Source of the DNA: an uncultured SAR86 cluster bacterium
GTDB taxonomy: Bacteria > Pseudomonadota > Gammaproteobacteria > Magnimaribacterales > D2472
Assembly: GCA_902557645.1 (NCBI GenBank)
Contig: CACEAP010000005.1
Coordinates: 10,181-74,180 of the forward strand
DNA length: 64,000 nucleotides
Direction: 5' to 3'
Below are positions 10,191-18,240 of the stretch, one piece after another. Both the position numbers and the translations under genes were made by a program. A model generated the notes under the pieces. That model saw only the letters and a program-made list of their open reading frames with translations. It made no database searches and was not told the origin of the DNA. Every line of letters begins with the position of its first letter. Positions within the stretch are counted from its first letter, which is position 1.

Positions 10191-11407
10191 AGTACTTATT
10201 TTTTATATCATTACTTTTCTCTATATCTTATGCTAATGCAGCCCCTAGCAATAATGAAAATACTATATCTGGCTGGGTGTATTATGAGTTTTTAAGTATT
10301 GAGGATAAATTAGAACAAGGTAGATATGCTGAAGTTGAAGCTGACTACTTAGATCTTCTTGATAATACCTGGTCATCTAGATCATTTGATCATGCTGTTA
10401 TCTTAAAAAAATATGGTTTTTACCTAGTATCACGAGATAGAGTCCCAGAAGGCCTTAAGCATCTTCAATGGAGTTTGCGTAAACAAGCCCTTGAACCAAG
10501 AGATGCACATAATGTTCAATATGTAGTTGCGCAAATTAGTGCAAGCTTAGGAAAATATGAAGAGGCATTAGATTATTTATTAGATTGGTATAGAGTTGGT
10601 GTAAATAGAAGATTTGATTTAACACCAAAAGGAATAGCTTTGATTGGAATTTGTTATGCGCAGCTAGAAGAATATCGCCCTGCTATTAAATATATAACTA
10701 TGGCAACTGAGCAATCATATGTGTTTATGAAGCCTTGGTACGAACTTAAATTCGCATTGCATTATAGACTTGATGAATATTTACTTGCGCTTGAAACAGC
10801 ACAAGATCTCGTAAGAAACTCTCCAAAAGAAAAAAAGTATTTAGAGCAAATGGGAGCGATGTATAATCAGTTACAATTTGAGATTGAATCACTCTCATCC
10901 TTAGAATTTGGTTTTACCCAAGATTTGTTAAAAACAGAAAAAGATTATCTACTCTTAGCTAATTTTTACATGTATAAAGCAGTACCAAATGATGCTGTGA
11001 AAGTTTTAGAAGCTGGTTTTAAACGAAAAAAAATAAAAACAAATGCTAAGAACTTAGAAACATTATCAAATGCTTATCTTTCATCTAAAGAGCACATAAA
11101 AGCTGCAAATAAATTACAAGAAGCATCTAAGTTATCAGATGATCCAGAGTTAATATATAGATTAGGTCAAATTGAATTAAATTTAAGTAGATGGGATAAA
11201 GCTATTGAGTCTTTTCAACTTGCTCAAGACAAAGGTTGGAATAAAGAAAAGGGTAAAATTGAATACTTTATTGGTATTTCATTTATCGAGTTAGAGGAAT
11301 TTAATCAAGCTGTAAAATACCTTTCTATGTCTAGTGAGTTAGGTCAAGATAAGTTGGTAGAACCTTGGCTTCAATATATCGAATACCTACAAAAAACTGC
11401 AAGTTAA
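10187..11407 (+). CDS. Periplasmic TPR-repeat protein (TtpD-like, last gene of the TonB2-type cluster)
   Basis: 406 aa with a signal peptide and helical repeat content. The ATGA start is coupled to tonB, and its position matches TtpD. Confidence 0.6.
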   Translation: MKYLFFISLLFSISYANAAPSNNENTISGWVYYEFLSIEDKLEQGRYAEVEADYLDLLDNTWSSRSFDHAVILKKYGFYLVSRDRVPEGLKHLQWSLRKQALEPRDAHNVQYVVAQISASLGKYEEALDYLLDWYRVGVNRRFDLTPKGIALIGICYAQLEEYRPAIKYITMATEQSYVFMKPWYELKFALHYRLDEYLLALETAQDLVRNSPKEKKYLEQMGAMYNQLQFEIESLSSLEFGFTQDLLKTEKDYLLLANFYMYKAVPNDAVKVLEAGFKRKKIKTNAKNLETLSNAYLSSKEHIKAANKLQEASKLSDDPELIYRLGQIELNLSRWDKAIESFQLAQDKGWNKEKGKIEYFIGISFIELEEFNQAVKYLSMSSELGQDKLVEPWLQYIEYLQKTAS

Positions 11408-11425
11408 ACTTAATTAATTCCCTAA

Positions 11426-11447
11426 CATGTAAAGTGAACTTTACATG
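11426..11447. promoter_or_regulatory. Second perfect palindrome CATGTAAAG-N4-CTTTACATG containing TGTAAA-N6-TTTACA (11428-11445)
   Basis: Read directly: CATGTAAAGTGAACTTTACATG, 20 nt upstream of the ABC ATPase ATG (11468). Confidence 0.5.
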
Positions 11448-11467
11448 GTGTAAAATGTCATACGATT

Positions 11468-12160
11468 ATGAGTATTATAAAAACAGCTGATCTTAAAAGA
11501 TCTTTCTCGATGGGTACACAATCTGTTGAAGCCTTAAGAGGAATTAATTTAGACGTCAATGCTGGCGAGTTTATAGCTATTATGGGGCCTTCAGGTTCTG
11601 GTAAGACAACTCTAATGAATATAATAGGATGTTTAGATACTCCTACAAGTGGTAAATATTTTTTAAATAATCAAGAAGTTAGTAAGTTGAAAGATGATGA
11701 TCTTGCACGAATTAGAAATAAAGAAATTGGTTTCGTTTTTCAGTCATTTCATCTACTTGCAAGAAGTTCAGCGCTTGATAATGTAATGCTGCCATTAAAG
11801 TATGCTGGTGAGAAAAAAAATATTGCAACTGAGAGAGCTAAAGCCTCTCTCAATGATGTTGGTTTGCAAGATAGAATGAGTCATAGCCCGTCTGAACTAT
11901 CAGGCGGGCAACAACAGCGTGTTGCTATTGCTCGTGCACTAGTGAACTCTCCAAGTATTTTATTTGCTGATGAGCCAACAGGAAATCTTGATTCACAAAC
12001 AGGAGATGATGTAATGGCTTTATTTAAACAACTCCATAAAAATGGGCAAACTATTATAGTTATTACACATGAAGAGGATATAGCTAATCAAGCAGAAAGA
12101 GTTATAACTATTAGAGATGGTTTAATTGAATCTGATAAACTGGTACATGAAAATGAATAA
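11468..12160 (+). CDS. ABC transporter ATP-binding protein, MacB/LolD type
   Basis: Walker [10 protein letters not shown], signature [15 protein letters not shown], Walker [13 protein letters not shown]. Confidence 0.9.
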   Translation: MSIIKTADLKRSFSMGTQSVEALRGINLDVNAGEFIAIMGPSGSGKTTLMNIIGCLDTPTSGKYFLNNQEVSKLKDDDLARIRNKEIGFVFQSFHLLARSSALDNVMLPLKYAGEKKNIATERAKASLNDVGLQDRMSHSPSELSGGQQQRVAIARALVNSPSILFADEPTGNLDSQTGDDVMALFKQLHKNGQTIIVITHEEDIANQAERVITIRDGLIESDKLVHENE

Positions 12161-13346
12161 AATCTTATCAATATTATTAATATCAACTTTGTTGGTATCT
12201 TGTGGTGGCTCTGATGACGCTAAAGAGGATAGTTTTAAGTACTATTCAAAAGAAGAAGCAACCAATAAGAGTTTAGAGTTATCAATTGAAGCATCTGGTG
12301 AAATAGAAGCTATTTCAACAGTCGAAATTAAATCAAAAGCTTCTGGTGAAGTGCTATTTTTAGGTGCTGAGGTTGGTGATTACATTAAAAAAGGAGCTAT
12401 TTTAGCGAGAATTGATCAAAGAACACCTAATAATATACTTGCACAAGCAAGAGCAGATTTAGAATTATCTAAAGTTAGATTGGAAAATGCTAAGTCTCAA
12501 TTATCTAGAGGGCAAGCTTTGCATGCTGAAGGTAGCATTGCTGATAAAGATTTTGAAGATATTCAAGAAAATTTTGCATCTGCCCAATCAGCTTTAGTTA
12601 GAACTGAGGTTAATCTAGAAAATTCTAAAATTTCATTAGATGATACTATCGTTAGATCACCCACTGAAGGAACCATTATTTCAAGAAGTGTTGAGGTTGG
12701 ACAAGTTATATCATCACCAAGTGTTGCTGTAGGCGGTGGGACTATACTTATGAGAATGGCTGATTTGGAAAGTGTTAGAGTTAGAGCTTTAGTTGATGAA
12801 ATAGATGTTGGTAAAGTTAGGGTAGGTCAGGATGTATCCATAAAAGTTTCTGCTTATAGAGACAGACAATTTTTTGGAAAAGTAGCAAAAATAGAGCCTT
12901 TAGCTAAGGTTGAACAAAATGTAACCTTATTTCCCATTCTTATTGATATAGAAAATAAAGAAAATTTATTACTTTTAGGAATGAATACAGATGTAATAAT
13001 ACAAATTCTTGATGAAAGCGTCTCATTAAGTATCCCTACAAGCTCATTAAGAACAAGAAAAGATATTAAATCTGCTGCTGCATTATTAGAAATGCCAGAA
13101 GAGCAAGTAAATACTTTTTTAAAAGATAAAGTTAAAGGCGAAAGTTTTAATAAATTTATAGTCATTAAAGATTCAAAAATTGGTCCTGAATTAAAATGGG
13201 TTCAAATAGGAAAATCTGATTTAACCAATGTTGAGGTTATTAATGGTCTTGATAAAGGGGATCAGGTATTTGTTTTACCAAGCCAAAGTCTAGTAGATTA
13301 TCAAGAAAAATTTAGAGCTAGAGTTTCATCTTCATTTGGAGCTTAG
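12147..13346 (+). CDS. Efflux periplasmic adaptor (HlyD/MacA family) lipoprotein
   Basis: Lipobox LLVSC after [15 protein letters not shown], then a coiled-coil hairpin and barrel-sandwich regions. The start is taken at ATG 12147/12153 rather than the ORF-track 12126. Confidence 0.8.
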   Translation: MKMNKILSILLISTLLVSCGGSDDAKEDSFKYYSKEEATNKSLELSIEASGEIEAISTVEIKSKASGEVLFLGAEVGDYIKKGAILARIDQRTPNNILAQARADLELSKVRLENAKSQLSRGQALHAEGSIADKDFEDIQENFASAQSALVRTEVNLENSKISLDDTIVRSPTEGTIISRSVEVGQVISSPSVAVGGGTILMRMADLESVRVRALVDEIDVGKVRVGQDVSIKVSAYRDRQFFGKVAKIEPLAKVEQNVTLFPILIDIENKENLLLLGMNTDVIIQILDESVSLSIPTSSLRTRKDIKSAAALLEMPEEQVNTFLKDKVKGESFNKFIVIKDSKIGPELKWVQIGKSDLTNVEVINGLDKGDQVFVLPSQSLVDYQEKFRARVSSSFGA

Positions 13347-13348
13347 TT

Positions 13349-14557
13349 ATGTTATTTGTTGAATCTCTTTATTCTGCAATAAATTCAATTAGAGCTAATG
13401 CAACAAGGTCATTCTTAACATCCCTAGCAATTATTATTGGCACAGCATCAGTTATAGCCATGATTGCTATAGGTGAAGGTGCCCAAAATGCTCTTAATGA
13501 TGAAATTGATGAGTTAGGTGGCAGGGTTTTATCAGTTTATGCAAGTCAAAGAAAAAGAGGTGGAGTAACCTATGGCAGCAATCCATTAATTATAAAAGAT
13601 GCTGAAGCTCTTCGCGATGATACTAAAGTTGATTGGAAGATTACGCCAAGTATTGAAGGCAGTCGTCAAATAAAATTTGGTAATAATAATATGAGTGCTG
13701 GTATAAGTGGCCACTGGACAAATTACTTTGATATCCAAGGTTATAAAATTTCAAGTGGAAGGAATTTTACTGAAAATGAGAATCTTTCCAGAAAAAGAGT
13801 TGCAGTTATTGGTCCAAAAGTAGCAACTGAGCTAAAAACATCACCTAGAACTATGTTGAATAAAGAATTATTGATTTCAGGAGTTCCTTTTAGAGTGATT
13901 GGAATACTAGAAAGTGAAGGGTCAAGCGGATGGAGGTCACCTGATGACAATGTCTATGTCCCATTGTTAACAGCAAGCGATAGAATTTATGGAAGAAAAA
14001 CTGTTAATTCAATCTCTGTCAGTATCTCTAATGATCAAAATATTGAAGAGGCGATGGTAGCAATCGAACAGGTTCTTAGAAGGCAGCATGATATTGGTCC
14101 TGGAGTAGATAATGATTTTCGAATTAATGATTGGAGTCAGTATTCAGATTTAAGAAATGAAGCTGTTGCTATTTTTACTATTTTAATAACTGGTATTGCT
14201 GGGATAAGTTTACTTGTAGGCGGTATTGGCGTAATGAATATTATGCTTGTTTCTGTAACTGAAAGGACTAGAGAAATTGGTTTAAGAAAAGCATTGGGCG
14301 CAACTCATAGAGCTATCATGATGCAATTTATTGTTGAAGCAATGTTGTTATGTTTATTAGGTGGAATTATTGGAGTTATTTTGGGTGCAGGAATGTATTA
14401 TATATTCTCTTCATTTCAAGAATGGGCTTTTTATATTCCTTTAGGAGCTATTATAGGCTCTATTACTTTTTCTGCAGCTGTTGGCCTATTTTTTGGAATT
14501 TGGCCAGCAAGAAGGGCAGCAAAACTAGACCCAGCATTATCTTTAAGATACGAATAA
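13349..14557 (+). CDS. MacB-like ABC permease (FtsX domain)
   Basis: 402 aa with an N-terminal TM, a large periplasmic domain, and a C-terminal FtsX-type 3-TM bundle (REIGLRKALGA motif). Confidence 0.85.
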   Translation: MLFVESLYSAINSIRANATRSFLTSLAIIIGTASVIAMIAIGEGAQNALNDEIDELGGRVLSVYASQRKRGGVTYGSNPLIIKDAEALRDDTKVDWKITPSIEGSRQIKFGNNNMSAGISGHWTNYFDIQGYKISSGRNFTENENLSRKRVAVIGPKVATELKTSPRTMLNKELLISGVPFRVIGILESEGSSGWRSPDDNVYVPLLTASDRIYGRKTVNSISVSISNDQNIEEAMVAIEQVLRRQHDIGPGVDNDFRINDWSQYSDLRNEAVAIFTILITGIAGISLLVGGIGVMNIMLVSVTERTREIGLRKALGATHRAIMMQFIVEAMLLCLLGGIIGVILGAGMYYIFSSFQEWAFYIPLGAIIGSITFSAAVGLFFGIWPARRAAKLDPALSLRYE

Positions 14558-14558
14558 G

Positions 14559-15653
14559 ATGAAAGTATTACAAATACTGCCTGAATTAAATATTGGTGGT
14601 GTTGAGAGAGGAACTTTAGACCTATCTAAGGCTCTAGTTCAAAAAGGGCATAAATCGTACGTAATTTCCAATGGCGGCAAACTTGAGGCTTCTCTGATAG
14701 CCTCAGGCGGTAATCATATAAGTATGCCAATCCATCTAAAAAGATTTAAAACATTAAAATTAGCTGACAATTTATACAAGATAATAAAAGAAATTAATCC
14801 TGACATAGTACATGTACGTTCAAGGATGCCAGCCTGGGTGACCTATAGAGCTTTAAAAAAATTTAAGAAAAACAAACCAGTTCATGTATCAACATTTCAT
14901 GGTCTATATAGTTTTCCAATATACAGCAAGGTGATGGCGAAAGTTGATCATGTTATAAGTATTTCAAAAACAGTTGAAGATTATATAAAGTCCACATATA
15001 AAGTATCTCCAAATAAAATAACAGTTATACCAAGAGGTTGTGATTTAAATGAGTTTAATGAAGAGCCTTTAACTTCTGAATGGACATTTGACTGGTACCA
15101 AGAATTTCCTTATACCAAAAATAAGAGAATCTTAACTTTACCTGCAAGGATTACAAAGTGGAAAGGCGTCGATGATTTTATTGAACTTATAAATCTTTTA
15201 GATAATCAAAATATTCATGGACTGATAGTAGGGCCAGTTTCCCAAAGTAAGAAAAAATATTTTAAAAAATTAAAAGCAAAAGTTGAAGTTTTAAATTTAC
15301 AAAATAGAATCACTTTCTGCGGATCTCGATCTGATATTGTAAATATCTATAAACTTTCAGATATAGTGTTTAATTTATCAAAAACACCTGAGCCATTCGG
15401 CAGAACTACTATTGAAGCAGCTAGTGTTGGCACCAAAATAGCAGGATGGAATCATGGTGGTACTAAAGAGATATTAAGTGAATTATTTCCTCAAGGTCTT
15501 GTTGAGCTTGGTAATTTGTCTGAACTTAAGAATAAATCTATTGATTTACTCTCTCAAGAAGAACTAAGACCAAAAAAAAATATTTTTACATCTGAAAGAA
15601 TGATTAATAGCACATTAAGTGTCTATGAATCTTTGTTAAGAACTGATAAGTAG
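14559..15653 (+). CDS. Glycosyltransferase family 4 (GT-B fold)
   Basis: 364 aa with an N-terminal GGVERG-type motif and a C-terminal EPFGRTTIEAASVG motif. Confidence 0.75.
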   Translation: MKVLQILPELNIGGVERGTLDLSKALVQKGHKSYVISNGGKLEASLIASGGNHISMPIHLKRFKTLKLADNLYKIIKEINPDIVHVRSRMPAWVTYRALKKFKKNKPVHVSTFHGLYSFPIYSKVMAKVDHVISISKTVEDYIKSTYKVSPNKITVIPRGCDLNEFNEEPLTSEWTFDWYQEFPYTKNKRILTLPARITKWKGVDDFIELINLLDNQNIHGLIVGPVSQSKKKYFKKLKAKVEVLNLQNRITFCGSRSDIVNIYKLSDIVFNLSKTPEPFGRTTIEAASVGTKIAGWNHGGTKEILSELFPQGLVELGNLSELKNKSIDLLSQEELRPKKNIFTSERMINSTLSVYESLLRTDK

Positions 15654-16597
15654 ACATTCATAACTTTATCAGCTTGCTTTGCTAAAGAAAATTCTTGTTT
15701 AACAAATTCAAAAATAGATTCTTGATTTAGATTAATAATATTATCAACATATGATTCCATTAATGATTGAAGTGATTCAAGATTATCAGGCTCTGCTAAA
15801 ATCTCTTGAGGTAATATAAGATTCATATGCCCAACATCAGTAGATAAAACTGGTAAATTATTCGCTAAAGCCTCTAAAGCAACTCTAGGACCTCCTTCAG
15901 ATCTTGAGGAAATGATTAAAACTTTTGATTGTGCATATAATTTGAATAACTCCTCTTGTTCAACCCAATTAGTAATTGAAATCTTATTGGTAAGATTCAA
16001 CTCTTGTATTAATGCAACTAAAGATTCTCTTTCGCTACCAGAACCTACTATAAGAAGAGGGGTTTTGATATTAATCCATGACTTAATTAATAAATCAAAG
16101 CCTTTAACTTTTTCAAGTCTCCCAACTGCCAAAGCATGGATGCTCTTATGCTTTTCAGCAGATGATGATTGATACCAATTATGTATTACAGAATTTGGAG
16201 ATTGAATTCCATTTAAAAGCTTCTTGTTTCCGCCAATAACATAATCAGCATAATTAAAAATTTTATTGTTAGACTTAACGCCATGAATAGAGCCAATAAA
16301 TTTAAATTTTAAAAAATATTTAACAACACTTAGAATAAATACAGGTTTAGAGGCATGCGCATGAATAATATCAAATTTATTTAATTTAAGAATTTTATAA
16401 ATTCGAAAAGCGCCCAATAAAGATCTTCTAGAAGAGTGTTTTACATCAATAACATTAAAGTTTTTATAGTGCTCACCAATAGCTTTATCGCAAAGAATAG
16501 TCACATCATGATTAGCTTGTTGTAAAGCTGCAAGTTCAGCTACATGTTGTTCTATTCCAGCAAAGGTTGAGCCTGAAAGATAATGACATATCTTCAT
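15623..16597 (-). CDS. Glycosyltransferase family 4 (GT-B fold)
   Basis: 324 aa with FAGIEQHV at the N-terminus and SRSEGGPRVALEALANNLPVLSTDVG at the C-terminus. Its 3' end overlaps the convergent GT gene by 31 nt. Confidence 0.75.
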   Translation of the reverse strand: MKICHYLSGSTFAGIEQHVAELAALQQANHDVTILCDKAIGEHYKNFNVIDVKHSSRRSLLGAFRIYKILKLNKFDIIHAHASKPVFILSVVKYFLKFKFIGSIHGVKSNNKIFNYADYVIGGNKKLLNGIQSPNSVIHNWYQSSSAEKHKSIHALAVGRLEKVKGFDLLIKSWINIKTPLLIVGSGSERESLVALIQELNLTNKISITNWVEQEELFKLYAQSKVLIISSRSEGGPRVALEALANNLPVLSTDVGHMNLILPQEILAEPDNLESLQSLMESYVDNIINLNQESIFEFVKQEFSLAKQADKVMNVYLSVLNKDS

Positions 16598-17595
16598 GAT
16601 CTTATTAATTTTGATATTTGATATGCAACTTTTTCAACTTCTGCATACAATTGATAATGGCTATTAGGTTTTTTTAATGAATAGGCTTTTATACTGTTAG
16701 CTATATCATCGAATTCAACATAGCCTACATCTCTGGATATTTTTAATTTATTCATAAGTTCAATAATTTTATTTTTATAGAACTTCCATCCATCTGAAAT
16801 AGGTAAGTTTTTATTAGGTTTTTTATTACGGAGCATCTTAAAGCCATTATTTTTTGGTTTAAGATAAAATAAATATGTAGATCCTTTAGATGATAGGCTT
16901 TCAAATACCAGATTGACACTATCTGGCGAAACAAATTTTATATCAGCTTTTCCAACAATTTCATTTAAGTCTGTTGTTTGGTTTTCTATATCTATAAAGT
17001 TTATTGAATCACTATTAAGAGAATTTAATCTTTGTGTTAATTCTGGTGGGGTTCTTCTGGAATTAAATATATACCATTTCTTTGTTTGATAAAGACTTAA
17101 GATAAATTCAATTTGTTTAAAGATTTCTTTAGTCGAAAATTCATAATGTTGATTTTTACCTCCTACAGCAATTAGACCAATATCTTTATCAGGAATGTTA
17201 TCTATAACTTTTGCTAGTGAGCCAATAAATGTATAAGTATTTTTTTCAATATTTTCATAATAATCATGTTCAGGAGCACATATTAAATCAAACCAAGATC
17301 TAAAAATGCTAGGCTTAAGAATTGCTATAGATTTTGTCTTGGATGCACCTAACCTAATCTTATCTGCTAATATTTTCAGGTAAGTATTATGACCAGCTCC
17401 TATTAAAATATCTGGATTAGAATTGGTATCTTTAAAAAAAATTGCGGCAAGAAGATTCAAAATATCTTTAAATGGAGATTTTTTACAATTTATCTCCTTT
17501 ATAGATATCTCAAAATCTTTTTTTAATTCATCAAGAACTGCCTCTACCTGTTTAAGATGACCGGTTTTATCGTCTTTATACCACCATATTTTCAT
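16594..17595 (-). CDS. ELM1/DUF1022-like putative glycosyltransferase
   Basis: 333 aa. The start is MKIWWYKDDKTGHLKQ, and the overall pattern is that of bacterial ELM1-family proteins. It is coupled to the downstream GT4 gene by a 4-nt overlap. The family call is from memory of the family only. Confidence 0.5.
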   Translation of the reverse strand: MKIWWYKDDKTGHLKQVEAVLDELKKDFEISIKEINCKKSPFKDILNLLAAIFFKDTNSNPDILIGAGHNTYLKILADKIRLGASKTKSIAILKPSIFRSWFDLICAPEHDYYENIEKNTYTFIGSLAKVIDNIPDKDIGLIAVGGKNQHYEFSTKEIFKQIEFILSLYQTKKWYIFNSRRTPPELTQRLNSLNSDSINFIDIENQTTDLNEIVGKADIKFVSPDSVNLVFESLSSKGSTYLFYLKPKNNGFKMLRNKKPNKNLPISDGWKFYKNKIIELMNKLKISRDVGYVEFDDIANSIKAYSLKKPNSHYQLYAEVEKVAYQISKLIRS

Positions 17596-17700
17596 ATTTA
17601 TATAAAAATCAAACTTATAATATTTATTAGAATCTTTTATTCTGCTATGTCAAAATATAAGTATAAATCATGATTACTTCATCCCAAAAATTATAAAAAA

Positions 17701-17877
17701 ATGATTAGAAAGTTAGCTATAGATCTTATATCGCAATATGGAGATGATGCTGAAACTATTGCAATGATGAAGGCAGCAGAATATGCAGCATTATTAGATA
17801 ATGAAAACTGGCAATTATGGGAAAAGGTTATTGAGATGCTCGAACAATTGAATAACTCCAAATCACTTGATAGTTAG
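17701..17877 (+). CDS. Small conserved-looking helical protein (58 aa), below the ORF-track size cutoff
   Basis: Own translation: MIRKLAIDLISQYGDDAETIAMMKAAEYAALLDNENWQLWEKVIEMLEQLNNSKSLDS. It fills an otherwise empty gap upstream of bolA. The pattern resembles small proteobacterial hypothetical proteins (..hG.dA...a..rA......gd...W..V...i..L). Confidence 0.5.
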   Translation: MIRKLAIDLISQYGDDAETIAMMKAAEYAALLDNENWQLWEKVIEMLEQLNNSKSLDS

Positions 17878-17928
17878 AAATCTACTAGAATTAATATAAA
17901 TAGCACTTTCTCAACTTATAATACTCAC

Positions 17929-18237
17929 ATGAAACCCAATAACATTAAATCAAAGATTATGGATAAATTAAATACTGTATTTAATCCATCTTTTATAGAT
18001 CTTATAAATGAAAGTCATATGCATAATGTTCCTGAAAATTCTGAAACACATTTTAAATTAATCATTGTTTCAGATTTATTTAAAGATTTATCATTAGTTA
18101 AAAGACATAAAAAAGTTTTTGAATCATTAGGAGTAACTATGGATAAGATTCATGCTTTATCTATGTCCACATATGACTTAAATGAGTATGAATCAAATCC
18201 AAAAATTATTGATAGCCCTGAATGTGCAAATAAGTAA
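17929..18237 (+). CDS. bolA: BolA-family protein
   Basis: 102 aa with the BolA signature region (INESHMHNVPENSETHFKLIIVSDLFKDLSLVKRHK...IHALS). Confidence 0.8.
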   Translation: MKPNNIKSKIMDKLNTVFNPSFIDLINESHMHNVPENSETHFKLIIVSDLFKDLSLVKRHKKVFESLGVTMDKIHALSMSTYDLNEYESNPKIIDSPECANK

Positions 18238-18240
18238 CTT

